DNA of 64,000 nucleotides, from assembly GCA_002746535.1 (NCBI GenBank), contig NVWA01000016.1, forward strand, positions 1-64,000, given 5' to 3'. The notes beneath the pieces were generated by a model, which was not told the origin of the DNA, searched no databases, and saw nothing but the letters and a program-made list of their open reading frames with translations. The DNA comes from Planctomycetota bacterium (lineage in GTDB: Bacteria > Planctomycetota > GCA-2746535). Position numbers and translations under genes: made by a program. Positions 29,455 through 39,591 of the stretch are shown here, in pieces (position 1 is the first letter of the stretch; each line of letters opens with the position of its first letter).

Positions 29455-30094
29455 TTCTGTTAATATCTGATTTTGTTACTATAAACAAATCATCTTTATT
29501 ATCTTTAGTGCTATATACAATTACTTCATCACCTTTATTAAACTCATCACCTTCATCACAAACAACATTCAATTTTACTACGCCACTTTCTCCTGTTAAT
29601 AATTCAATTTGGCCATATTCCTCTGTGATTTTAAGAGAAGTTACGACACCAATTTGGCCAATAACTTCTTCGTGTTCAGTACCGCTATTTAATGCTTTAA
29701 ATAATTTCTTGAATGGTATTGAGCAGTACTTCGTAAACATCGCAGATACAAGAAAGTTTGGTACAAGAATTATTACGGAAATGAAAATTGAATTACTAGC
29801 ATTTAAATAATGATTTGCTGTCAGTCCAAAGAACCATAAAAATATGGTAAATATATTAAACAGCACCATGATTGGGATTTCACCAATATTAAAAAACAAT
29901 AGGATTTGTTTAAAGAGGCCACCATCAATATCCGCATTAAGTTCAATTTCGACATCTGTTTCGGTATCAACATCAAATGCTTCCACATCTATGAAGCCAA
30001 GGATTATTGTTGTCCAATACATCATCGTAAAACCCAATAAAATAGTATAGGGTAAATTTACGATTAAGAATAAAGCCTTGAAAATCTCATCCAT
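29444..30094 (-). CDS. NfeD/YqiJ-like membrane protein
   Basis: N-terminal TM helices plus a C-terminal soluble beta-rich domain. It overlaps the flotillin start by 11 nt, as in the E. coli yqiJ-yqiK pair. Confidence 0.55.
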   Translation of the reverse strand: MDEIFKALFLIVNLPYTILLGFTMMYWTTIILGFIDVEAFDVDTETDVEIELNADIDGGLFKQILLFFNIGEIPIMVLFNIFTIFLWFFGLTANHYLNASNSIFISVIILVPNFLVSAMFTKYCSIPFKKLFKALNSGTEHEEVIGQIGVVTSLKITEEYGQIELLTGESGVVKLNVVCDEGDEFNKGDEVIVYSTKDNKDDLFIVTKSDINRIGD

Positions 30095-30390
30095 ATATAG
30101 ACCTTTCGGGAGGTAAAGCTGAAATTATAGCCTAAAGCTTAGACTCGCAAGATCAAACTTAACTTACCAAAAATTAAAAGCATTAAATAAAATGATTTCT
30201 CATTTATTGAACGGACATCATTTTACATACACAACCAAACTAAGCTTTTACAATTAAAAATAAACTTTATAAAGGCTCACTTATCAAATAATCTATCGAA
30301 TTTAGATTAAATTTAAGAATAAATATTATCGAAAAAAGTTACTTTTAATTCTATAATTCATTTATGGCTTAATTCAATAAAGGGATCTTT

Positions 30391-30690
30391 ATGAGCGTAA
30401 TATACATAGATGTTGACAATACTTTAATAACCACCTATCTAAAAAAAAGAACTCCGATCAATCATATCTCTGATAACATCAGTGACCTTTCAAAAAAAGG
30501 ACATCTCCTTTACTGTTGGTCCACCGGTGGAGCAATCTATGCAAAAGACATTGCTATAGAACTTGGTATCGAAAAATATTTCGAAGCATTTCTTCCGAAA
30601 CCAGAAGTTATGATTGATGATCAACCAATCAATACATGGAAACTTCTCAAACAAATCAAACCTGATCAGTTTTCATTGGATGATTTTTAA
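30391..30690 (+). CDS. small HAD-like protein
   Basis: IYIDVDNTL (HAD motif I, DxDxT). Only 99 aa. Confidence 0.35.
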   Translation: MSVIYIDVDNTLITTYLKKRTPINHISDNISDLSKKGHLLYCWSTGGAIYAKDIAIELGIEKYFEAFLPKPEVMIDDQPINTWKLLKQIKPDQFSLDDF

Positions 30691-31130
30691 TGACCACAAC
30701 CATCAAGCTTATTACCTTCAACTCAAATGATTATCACAAAGCTTTTAAATTTCGAAATGATCTATTAAGAAAACCACTTGGTCTTGATTTATCTGATGAT
30801 GATCTTAGCAATGAAATAAATAACTACCATTTTGGAACCTTTGAAAATGAAGAAATCATTGCTTGCTTAGTTGGTACCGAAAAAGATAAAACAACTATGA
30901 AAATAAGACAAATGGCTGTTTCTGAAAAATATCAATCGAGAGGTTTAGGCAAGCAAATGATGATCTACGCTGAAACCTTTTTTATCAATAAAGGCTTCAA
31001 ACAATTTGAATTAAATGCGAGAGAACACGCTATTCCATTTTATGAAAAATTAGGATACCATTCAGTGGGCGATATTTTTATGGAAGTCACAATAAAACAT
31101 GTCAAAATGTTTAAAGTTTACGACAACTGA
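30690..31130 (+). CDS. GNAT family N-acetyltransferase
   Basis: QSRGLGKQMM acetyl-CoA binding motif. Confidence 0.7.
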   Translation: MTTTIKLITFNSNDYHKAFKFRNDLLRKPLGLDLSDDDLSNEINNYHFGTFENEEIIACLVGTEKDKTTMKIRQMAVSEKYQSRGLGKQMMIYAETFFINKGFKQFELNAREHAIPFYEKLGYHSVGDIFMEVTIKHVKMFKVYDN

Positions 31131-31138
31131 CTTTAATT

Positions 31139-32017
31139 TTAATCAATTACATATTCACTAATGTTTCGATCTTCCGGATAAAATGCTTCTTTTACTTCAT
31201 TAACTTTTTCAAATTGGATTAAAGCGTTATCTTCAGTTAAGGGTACAGATCTACCATTTTTCCAAGCCCACTCACCGCGGGTACAATTTTCAGCTTTTAC
31301 ATATCCATTAATATAAAATCGACGATCTAGATAATTACTAGAATTAAAACCACCTCCATGAACTACAAACGCATTCCAAATGACAACATCGCCAGGGTCC
31401 ATTATCAGTGGTTTTATTCTTGGATCATTTTTATAACTTACGGCAGAATACAAAGACTGATCATTTGCGTCGGCAGGGAAATCTTTATGGCTACCTGGCA
31501 CAACAAACATAGCCCCATTTTCTTCACGATGGTGATCTATAGCGATTCCAGTTTGGACCCAAGAACTAAATAAATCTTTAAAGGCTTCGACTGGTTGACG
31601 AGACCTAACATCTCGATGCAATGGCCATGAGATTTTTGAACCAGGCATTTTCCAGTGCAATTGATTTATTATTTGCTTTAGGTTGTTTCCAATAAACGGT
31701 TCTACAATCTCAAGTAAACGAGTATCAAGACGAAATTTTGCCATGACGGAATCATGATAGGATGGCCATTGCATTCCTCTGACGACTGAATCCTCAATCC
31801 AAACAATTGTATTTTGCTTTCTCCAAGTTCGTCCAATTAAATTACCAAATTCTTTCCATCGATCAAATGCCATAGCCAATTGATTGATTTCTTTGCTTGA
31901 AAAGACATTTTTAATTAAAGTATAACCATCGTCATTAAATTGCGCTATATGCTTCTTAGTGATTAAAGATGATATTTCAACATCAATTACTTGTGACATA
32001 ACTTGGCTCCTTGGCAT
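31139..32017 (-). CDS. phytanoyl-CoA dioxygenase (PhyH) family Fe(II)/2OG oxygenase
   Basis: WPLHRDV (HxD) and a distal VHGGGFN His. Confidence 0.55.
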   Translation of the reverse strand: MPRSQVMSQVIDVEISSLITKKHIAQFNDDGYTLIKNVFSSKEINQLAMAFDRWKEFGNLIGRTWRKQNTIVWIEDSVVRGMQWPSYHDSVMAKFRLDTRLLEIVEPFIGNNLKQIINQLHWKMPGSKISWPLHRDVRSRQPVEAFKDLFSSWVQTGIAIDHHREENGAMFVVPGSHKDFPADANDQSLYSAVSYKNDPRIKPLIMDPGDVVIWNAFVVHGGGFNSSNYLDRRFYINGYVKAENCTRGEWAWKNGRSVPLTEDNALIQFEKVNEVKEAFYPEDRNISEYVID

Positions 32018-32753
32018 AAAACTTTTCGATAATTTTTACATTTTTTTGCAATTGATTAATTACACTTTTGTATTTTGATTTAGGAAAGTCTTTCTCACAG
32101 TCTGATAAGCCAAGGGCAGCCACAACAATACCCTCATCATTTTTTACTGGCAAAGCCATTGCAACAACATCTTGTCCGTTCTCCAAAAAGCTAATTGATA
32201 TTTCTTTTCGTTTAATTTCATTTAAATCTTTTTTTAAACTACTAATGGTCATATGAGTATTTGGTCCTCTTTTCTCAAAGATCATGTCTTTAAGTAATTC
32301 TTCTCGCGGTGATCTTTTCATAAAAGCAAAGAATAACTTTCCACATGCCGATGAATAAGAATTTAAGACGGAACCCAAAGAATCTAAGGTGTCGCGAACA
32401 ATACCGTCGTGTGTAACGTAAACCACGGTAATACCTTCATGACCAAAAGGCAAAGCCAAAGTTAATGGGCGCTTGATAGATTGAACAGCTTTTTGCATAA
32501 TCGGTAGAGCATACTGTCTAATTGGAATTTGAGACAACAAAGCATGACCTAATCGCAAAGCGCCAATTCCAATTTGATAACGCCTTTGGCTAGCTTGTTC
32601 AACATATTGGTGTTCTATTAATGTTTGTAAAAGTCTGTGAACATGACTTTTTGGTAAGTTTATTTGATTGGCAATTTCACTTAATTGATATGGCTTAGCG
32701 GAACTTGCTAAAATTAATAATAAATCTAATCCATTGGAAAGTGTGTTATTCAA
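31983..32753 (-). CDS. IclR family transcriptional regulator
   Basis: N-terminal wHTH (LSEIANQINLPKSHVHRLLQTL) and a C-terminal IclR-type effector domain. Confidence 0.7.
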   Translation of the reverse strand: MNNTLSNGLDLLLILASSAKPYQLSEIANQINLPKSHVHRLLQTLIEHQYVEQASQRRYQIGIGALRLGHALLSQIPIRQYALPIMQKAVQSIKRPLTLALPFGHEGITVVYVTHDGIVRDTLDSLGSVLNSYSSACGKLFFAFMKRSPREELLKDMIFEKRGPNTHMTISSLKKDLNEIKRKEISISFLENGQDVVAMALPVKNDEGIVVAALGLSDCEKDFPKSKYKSVINQLQKNVKIIEKFYAKEPSYVTSN

Positions 32754-33021
32754 GAATTCATCCTTTTAAGAGTATTTCATATTAATTCTATATATTAGAA
32801 CTATGTTGCAAGCATAAAGTTCTAATATTTAGAACTTTAATGTAACAATCAGCTTTAAAAATGCTAAATTTGCCCGAAATTTACAATTACATATTTCAAT
32901 TCTACACATAATACGAAGAGGTCTATATGCAAATTAATTTTGGTTTTTTATTGAAAGAGCAATTCAATCTTCTGGGCGAAAAACCTCTATTAAATTCTAA
33001 GATCTTTCGCCGTAATTAGCT

Positions 33022-35232
33022 TTAAGATTGCTTGTAGGTTATGATTGGCTTCGAGGTTCTAATAGACTTAAGATTAATTACTGTTTTAAATTTTCGAGCA
33101 TTAACCTCTATAATAATTTCATTTTTTAAATGAGATCCAGTTATTTTTACGGGAGCTTTACTTTTGATCCCCTTGAAAGGAAATAATACATAAGCACATG
33201 TAAACGGCAACTCACCATTATAGGAAAATTGAACAGCCGGTCTTTTTACTCTACCACCATACTGACATGTAAAGCTCGTGAGAAGTTTCATGCCCAACGC
33301 ATAATCTTGATTATTTTCTTCACCAATTGCTGTTACTTGAATATTAGCATTGCTGTCAGTATCATGATTGGCTGCCACATAGTTCTTGAAATTAAAACTA
33401 GTGGATTGCCTCGCAAAAAAAAGATCTTCTCCGGCATATCGGTTTAAGTTTTTAATTTTATCTGAATGTTTCGACCAAACCGTCAAGTTTTTTAGATCAA
33501 CACCCAATTCTGATTCGGGTGCATTGAAATGAAATCTATTGTCAACGATTTCATAGGGCTCTGTTTTGCCTGGCCATTTCTTAGAACGTTTAACCGTATC
33601 AAGAATTATCCAGAAAGGTTCATCCATCTCATTATTTTTTACTTTACCAATTAATGCAGCGGTTCTTATGATTGAATGAGATTCATGTAAGTTATTGATC
33701 GCAGTCACATAATTAATTGATGGGCTGTGAATTACTTGGGTAGTTTTCGTCCAACTCGAGCCTTCTAATCGCGGGCCTAAAGGTTTGTACCTACCAAGCG
33801 TTACCATACTATGGCTTTCTCCAATGGTGTCATGCGCTTGGGAAATAATATTGTATCCAGAAAAACCCGGATCTGTAATCAAAGGTCGTCCATATCCCCA
33901 TACATCTAAAGAACCAACATCATTATGTGCATGATTAATATTTAAAGCATATGTTAAATTTAGTGCTACAGAATCCAATCCTTTACCGGCACCTAAAATC
34001 TGATATCCACTTTTATTAAAAGCATAACACCCTTGTATCTTTTGGTTGAATTTTGGCTTTTTCATTTTGTGCCAGTGCTGAATTCCCTTTTTTCCCATCT
34101 CCCAAAATAATATTTCATGGGCTTCACTTCTATCAAAGAACCCTGTTCTATTTAAAAAATCAGGTCTATTAAAAAACACGGCCGCCAAATGCAGCATTTC
34201 ATTATGGGCGGTATGCCCTTCATGATGAGAATAAACACCGGTATCAGCCAACAAAGGGGCAATGCCATTATTTCTGCAAATCATACTTGAAAATTCAAAC
34301 GATTTCTCAACGTTTTTCCAAAGTTTGGATGGGATTTTATCACCAGTGCCTTTCCAGTAATATAAATTTTTTATGAGAAGGTTATGAACAACTCGTTGGT
34401 AACCAACCCCTTCTTTAAAGTAGCCTTCTTCATTAACATTGTATTTACTCGTGAAATCATCTGCTATTCTTGATCTTGCCCATTTTAACCATTTGGAAGA
34501 TTGCTTAAAATCTTTAAATATTCCAGCAACCAAATGTGTTGTTGAAATTAAATGCAATGGAATATTAAACATTGCATCCTTACCAGCAGCGAAATAATTA
34601 AATCTAGCTAATTGAAAGAAAACTTTAGCTAAAAATAATTTTTCCTTACTATTGAGATGATCTTTGAAAAAAGGGAATGCCATCATTAGTTCTTCTCCAA
34701 TGTGACCCGTATCATGACCAGGCACACGTCCATAGGCAAATGAGTGCCAACTAAAAGCAGGGGCATGTCGACCTTCTTGCAGTTCAGGTAAGGACTCAAT
34801 AGAATTGTGCACGAGCTTTATGAACCCTTCAAGGTATTTCTTTTTCCCGGTAATATGGAAAAGTCGAATCACATTATAGGCCGCACTACATCTTTTCTTT
34901 CTAGTATTAGCAACTCCCTTATAGACAAGATTGAATTTTTCCTGATTAACATCTTTAGGTTTCGTTGGAATGTCTTTTAAAAAAGTACTGTCTGCTATCG
35001 ATACCATTTCTTTGATCTGCTTTGGAAAGTTTTTATTTAAATAATCACTTATCCAGGGTATATCATCTGACAATAAAGGATGTGAAACTGAAGTACTAAA
35101 TAACACTTCGGCTACTTCTTCAGCCCCTTCTTGGTATTTTTTTTGCTTATACAAACTACTTGCATTGTTATAATTTGGATTTGATAAATCTACTTCTTCA
35201 ATAAATTCTTTATCTGAAAAATTAAACTTCAC
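33022..35232 (-). CDS. heparinase II/III-like protein (second paralogue)
   Basis: NINHAHNDVGSLDVWGYGRP motif, plus an N-terminal alpha-toroid-like region. Confidence 0.65.
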   Translation of the reverse strand: MKFNFSDKEFIEEVDLSNPNYNNASSLYKQKKYQEGAEEVAEVLFSTSVSHPLLSDDIPWISDYLNKNFPKQIKEMVSIADSTFLKDIPTKPKDVNQEKFNLVYKGVANTRKKRCSAAYNVIRLFHITGKKKYLEGFIKLVHNSIESLPELQEGRHAPAFSWHSFAYGRVPGHDTGHIGEELMMAFPFFKDHLNSKEKLFLAKVFFQLARFNYFAAGKDAMFNIPLHLISTTHLVAGIFKDFKQSSKWLKWARSRIADDFTSKYNVNEEGYFKEGVGYQRVVHNLLIKNLYYWKGTGDKIPSKLWKNVEKSFEFSSMICRNNGIAPLLADTGVYSHHEGHTAHNEMLHLAAVFFNRPDFLNRTGFFDRSEAHEILFWEMGKKGIQHWHKMKKPKFNQKIQGCYAFNKSGYQILGAGKGLDSVALNLTYALNINHAHNDVGSLDVWGYGRPLITDPGFSGYNIISQAHDTIGESHSMVTLGRYKPLGPRLEGSSWTKTTQVIHSPSINYVTAINNLHESHSIIRTAALIGKVKNNEMDEPFWIILDTVKRSKKWPGKTEPYEIVDNRFHFNAPESELGVDLKNLTVWSKHSDKIKNLNRYAGEDLFFARQSTSFNFKNYVAANHDTDSNANIQVTAIGEENNQDYALGMKLLTSFTCQYGGRVKRPAVQFSYNGELPFTCAYVLFPFKGIKSKAPVKITGSHLKNEIIIEVNARKFKTVINLKSIRTSKPIITYKQS

Positions 35233-35394
35233 GAAATTCCCCTTATGCTTAAACTTGATTTTATAACTTAATTTTTAAAAGCTAAAGTGTAAATTATTTA
35301 AATTAAAATAGTAATATAATTTATCTATACAGCTTGTATCTAAAAAGAGACTAGATTTGAATTATATATGCAAGGATAGTATTTTATGAGAAAA

Positions 35395-36990
35395 CTACTT
35401 TTGTCGGTCTAGAACAATTTTTTCCAAACGTTTAATTTCTTCTTCAAAACGTTTAATGTATTTTTTATTTAATTGCTCTTCATTTACATTTCTTAAATAA
35501 CGTTGGAGCGCAAAAATTATGGTTTCTTCCAAAGTTTCCTGAAGTTTATATTGTCCCTCTTTTTCTTTTTCCTTAAATTTCTTATAGTTTTTAATGATAA
35601 ACTTTTGTAATTTATTTTGCTTACTCTTATATTTTTGATGAACAAATTTATCAATATAATATCTTGTTATGGAAGCATACACAAAAGCAATTCGCTCTTC
35701 AAGCTTTTGATCTTTAAGAGATATCTTCCATGTTTTAAGAACATAGTCATTGAACTTCTCTGGAGTAGACTCCATATTGAAATATGGCTTGCCAGCATTA
35801 AAAAACTCTTCGGCCTGCTCCCTATCACCGCGAACTAAAAGCTCACTAACAACATTTTGTATAAAAAAATGATGTGCCGAATAGAATGTCTGAGATTTCA
35901 TGTTTTTTGGATATTTATTCATGAAAAAAATATAACGCTGATGGACCATTTTAGCTCTATCAAGGTCAGGACCAAAATGAAATGAAATGGTTCCGTCTTT
36001 ATTGGTAAATTGGTATATGTAACCGTAATCATACATTGTCTTTAAATTATACATTTCCATTCTATCTAGAGAAATATGATCATTATAAATCTCCTCTTTT
36101 GAATATATTGTCCAGTACAATCCATGAGAATAACTACTTCTCCAATCTAACTGACCATAGGTCTTTTCCATTTTTAATATTATTGGAATTGAAATTCGGT
36201 AGTCCTGAATCATCTTCCTTCGATAATATAAAACCAATTTTTTAAGCTCGGGAGACTCTCCAAATTTTTCTTCAAATCGAATAAACTTTTCATCTGGATC
36301 AAGTTCAGTTGCAATTATTTTAAAATAAATATTTCTATCATTTTCATTTGAAAAATATATTTGATAAATTTCTTTGGCTGTTTCATTAATTAAAATGTTT
36401 TCTAATTTCTTTTCAACAGCAAGCATTTCGTTAAATTCAGGAGATTCTCCAAAGATATAATGCATTTCTTTTGCAAAATACTCTCTATATAATGGACTAT
36501 TCGTATCAGAGATTCCACCAATTTTATTATAATAGAGCCAAGCTAATTGCTCATAAAGCTTACTATCCCTTGCACAATAAATTAGGCCCTTATCTTTAAT
36601 TAAACCAATACCTGCCTTGATCCATTTCCATTTACTTTTAGTATATGGCATCTCTTTAGCAATATTATAGCTCATGTTCCAGGCAGCATATGTCCACACA
36701 CTACCAATACGGTTTTCCAATTTTCCAATCAAATCAAAAAGTTGAATTAATTCAAAATATTTGCCATCCTCTTCCAAATTAATTGCTCGTAGCCATAAGA
36801 GAAGAATGATGACACCTTTAAATCCACCCATCATTTTATTAGCAATTACAATTTCCGGAGAATCGCCAACATCCAATTTAAATGGAACTAATTTTTCTTT
36901 TGCACGAATCTTATGCATTTCTTTTAATTGAAAATTACTCGCGTAAATCAAGCTAAAGGCAGCAGCTAATAGTATAATCCGCTTAATCAT
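35395..36990 (-). CDS. hypothetical secreted or membrane-associated protein
   Basis: Signal peptide MIKRIILLAAAFSLIYASNF, Lys/Tyr-rich, no motif. Last gene of the overlapping operon. Confidence 0.35.
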   Translation of the reverse strand: MIKRIILLAAAFSLIYASNFQLKEMHKIRAKEKLVPFKLDVGDSPEIVIANKMMGGFKGVIILLLWLRAINLEEDGKYFELIQLFDLIGKLENRIGSVWTYAAWNMSYNIAKEMPYTKSKWKWIKAGIGLIKDKGLIYCARDSKLYEQLAWLYYNKIGGISDTNSPLYREYFAKEMHYIFGESPEFNEMLAVEKKLENILINETAKEIYQIYFSNENDRNIYFKIIATELDPDEKFIRFEEKFGESPELKKLVLYYRRKMIQDYRISIPIILKMEKTYGQLDWRSSYSHGLYWTIYSKEEIYNDHISLDRMEMYNLKTMYDYGYIYQFTNKDGTISFHFGPDLDRAKMVHQRYIFFMNKYPKNMKSQTFYSAHHFFIQNVVSELLVRGDREQAEEFFNAGKPYFNMESTPEKFNDYVLKTWKISLKDQKLEERIAFVYASITRYYIDKFVHQKYKSKQNKLQKFIIKNYKKFKEKEKEGQYKLQETLEETIIFALQRYLRNVNEEQLNKKYIKRFEEEIKRLEKIVLDRQK

Positions 36991-38434
36991 CTACCACCGC
37001 CTTTCCCATTTCTACGTAATGGTATATAACTATTCCTAGTAATAATAGAATGCCACCTCGAAAAATAACATTAGCACCAATATCATCCACCAAAATTAAC
37101 CAAGAAATGAATTCACCATTGACTAAATTATCACCCGACCCATCATGAAAATCAGGGAATATTCTTACAATAAAAAATGAGAACTCTGTTAATAAATTAT
37201 CAAAATAATTTAATTGAACAACTGAATCTTTCGTTTGTTTAAAAGGCTGCAAACTTCTTACTGCTCGTGAAAATAATTCATGGACATAACTAAAAAAGAT
37301 ATAACACGAACCCATGAAAACACTCACAGGAAAAGACAAAAAGCTAGATAAGAAGACACCTAAACAGGCAATTAAACTTAACTTGAAATAGATTAACAGA
37401 CAAGCTTTAGTAAGGTTTAATTCAAATGTCGAAAAGGGAACAAGAACTTTAAAAGTTTTGTTCCTATTTTTTAATACTTCTTTTGGACCAAAATTATTAA
37501 ACATGAAGAACAATGAAGAATCTTTATCTATATCTTTACATGGAAATCTTAATGACTTGTATTGACCACTTGGATGGTCCACCTTAAACACCGCAATCTG
37601 TTTAGATTTGGAATTATAATACTTTCCTTTTATAAAAACTGTCCAAACCCCAAGGATACGATCATTCATATTTTGCGATGAGAATAAATTATATTTAAAG
37701 GTAAAGTATAAAACGCCTGGCGGAGGTTTTGGCACATTCTTAAATACAATAGGCCGGGCACTTAATCTCCCAGAAGGAACATAAAAAAATTCATTTTTAG
37801 AATAATCAGCTGTTCTTTTTCTTCTATACTCTTCTTCAGAGCCTTCTAAATTACCACCCTTTAATAAAATGGACACATCGTTATCGACTAATTCCTGAAC
37901 ATCATAATAGTCTTCTATTGAATAGCGGGCCGACAATACATCTTGCTTGAGCACATGATAGTCTCTTTTAATCTCCAAAGACTTCTCATCATATGGCTCT
38001 TTCTTTAAAATGGCTTCTGCGTTTTTGTATTTAGCTTCTAATGAATTAAATTTTAAAATAATATTTAAATATGAAGTACCGCCAACAAAGCATATTAAGA
38101 CAAAATTAATAATCATAACTGCTATAAATTTACCAATCAAAATTTTCCATCGATGTGCTGGAGTAGCTTCAAGGGTCAAGACTTGTTTCTCTGTTATATC
38201 ACTTCGAATGGCAGTGATCATAGTAAACAATGTAAAAAGACTTAGCAGAAGTAAGCTGCCTCCCATTGTCCACATTAGCAATATTTTAACACTACCTTCA
38301 ACCGAGCCATCAGATTGCAAATGATTAGGCAATACCACCAAGATCATTAATAATAAAAAGAATATTGCAAAACTAATTTTAGAACGAATAGCCTTCGAAA
38401 TAGTATGTTTAGCAATCCAATAAATAGGCCACAT
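36983..38434 (-). CDS. ABC-2-type permease-like membrane protein with a large extracytoplasmic loop
   Basis: Three N-terminal and about three C-terminal TM helices flanking a ~200-aa soluble insert. Overlaps the downstream gene by 8 nt. Confidence 0.45.
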   Translation of the reverse strand: MWPIYWIAKHTISKAIRSKISFAIFFLLLMILVVLPNHLQSDGSVEGSVKILLMWTMGGSLLLLSLFTLFTMITAIRSDITEKQVLTLEATPAHRWKILIGKFIAVMIINFVLICFVGGTSYLNIILKFNSLEAKYKNAEAILKKEPYDEKSLEIKRDYHVLKQDVLSARYSIEDYYDVQELVDNDVSILLKGGNLEGSEEEYRRKRTADYSKNEFFYVPSGRLSARPIVFKNVPKPPPGVLYFTFKYNLFSSQNMNDRILGVWTVFIKGKYYNSKSKQIAVFKVDHPSGQYKSLRFPCKDIDKDSSLFFMFNNFGPKEVLKNRNKTFKVLVPFSTFELNLTKACLLIYFKLSLIACLGVFLSSFLSFPVSVFMGSCYIFFSYVHELFSRAVRSLQPFKQTKDSVVQLNYFDNLLTEFSFFIVRIFPDFHDGSGDNLVNGEFISWLILVDDIGANVIFRGGILLLLGIVIYHYVEMGKAVVDD

Positions 38435-38442
38435 TGGTTAAT

Positions 38443-39591
38443 TTACTCTTGATTTTTATCTTTTTTGCTGGTTAATTGATCAATCAAATCCATGTCAACA
38501 GAACTTTTCTTTTTTTCTGTTGTATCATTTACCGAATTATTCTTGATCATTTCTTTAATAACATGCTCCTCAGGTTTAACTTCTTCCTTAACCTCTTCAG
38601 GAATAGCTTTCGCATTTTCTTTCACCAACTCACTGATAACGGCCGATTCGCCGCCACTGTTGAGAAACTCAGGTGCTGCTGACCCTTGAGATGCGCCGTC
38701 AGTATACTCTTTATTCCATTCATTAATTATTCTTAAAAAATATTCCTCTAAGCCTTCAACAGCATTCGATTCTTTAAAAGATATCCCTTTATTTTTTAAC
38801 CAATCAATAATTTCTGAATGCATTTCCTTGTTCACATCAGACAACTCAAAAGTAATCGTTTCTTTTTTAGTCAACAGCTCATCAAGACTACCCATGCTAG
38901 TAATTTTACCACCATATAATATACATACCCGATCACATATATCTTGAACATCTGAAAGCAAATGACTGGATAATAAAATTGTTTTTCCTCGGCTTTTCAG
39001 ATTCAAGATCAAATCTTTTATTTCTCTTACGCCAATAGGGTCCAGACCAGTTGTAGGCTCATCCAAGATTATTAATTCAGGGTCACCTATCAAACATTGT
39101 GCTAATCCAATACGTCGAGCCATACCTTTAGAATATTCACCCACTCTTCTTTTTTTAGCAACATCCAACCCAACCATTTTAATTAACTCTTCAGTCCTTC
39201 TCTTCCGCTCAGCTTTTGATAGTCCATAAAGACCACCAAAGAAATTTAATGTTTCCTCAGCTGTTAAAAAAGAATATAGATATGATTCTTCTGGTAAAAA
39301 TCCAATTCGTTTTTTATTATCAGCAGATCGAGGGCTTTGTCCGAATATGGCGATCTTGCCTTTAGATGTATTTAAAAGGCCCAACATCATTTTAATAGTG
39401 GTTGATTTGCCGGAACCATTGGGTCCTAACAATCCAAAAATTTCACCTTTTTTAATCGTTAGGCTAATATCCTGAACAGCTTTTACTTTAGGACGACCCC
39501 AAAAATCTTTGAATATTTTCGATACACCGACGATATCAACAATGTTTTCTTCAGAATGTAATGGTTCATCACTCATCTTTATTCTCTGCAT
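38443..39591 (-). CDS. ABC transporter ATP-binding protein with charged C-terminal tail
   Basis: Walker A GLLGPNGSGKSTT, Walker B LIILDEPTTGLDP, Q-loop, H-loop and a divergent signature YSKGMARR. The ~100-aa C-terminal tail is E/K-rich. Confidence 0.85.
   Translation of the reverse strand: MQRIKMSDEPLHSEENIVDIVGVSKIFKDFWGRPKVKAVQDISLTIKKGEIFGLLGPNGSGKSTTIKMMLGLLNTSKGKIAIFGQSPRSADNKKRIGFLPEESYLYSFLTAEETLNFFGGLYGLSKAERKRRTEELIKMVGLDVAKKRRVGEYSKGMARRIGLAQCLIGDPELIILDEPTTGLDPIGVREIKDLILNLKSRGKTILLSSHLLSDVQDICDRVCILYGGKITSMGSLDELLTKKETITFELSDVNKEMHSEIIDWLKNKGISFKESNAVEGLEEYFLRIINEWNKEYTDGASQGSAAPEFLNSGGESAVISELVKENAKAIPEEVKEEVKPEEHVIKEMIKNNSVNDTTEKKKSSVDMDLIDQLTSKKDKNQE

Noticed and set aside
36983-39591. 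Calling the ABC ATPase, the 320-aa permease and the 483-aa permease GldA/GldF/GldG gliding-motility proteins.
   Set aside because: The sizes and topology differ from my recollection of GldF (about 240 aa) and GldG (about 560 aa with one large periplasmic domain). The intervening SPFH and P-type ATPase genes are not part of the gld operon. Without a profile search the assignment would be guesswork.
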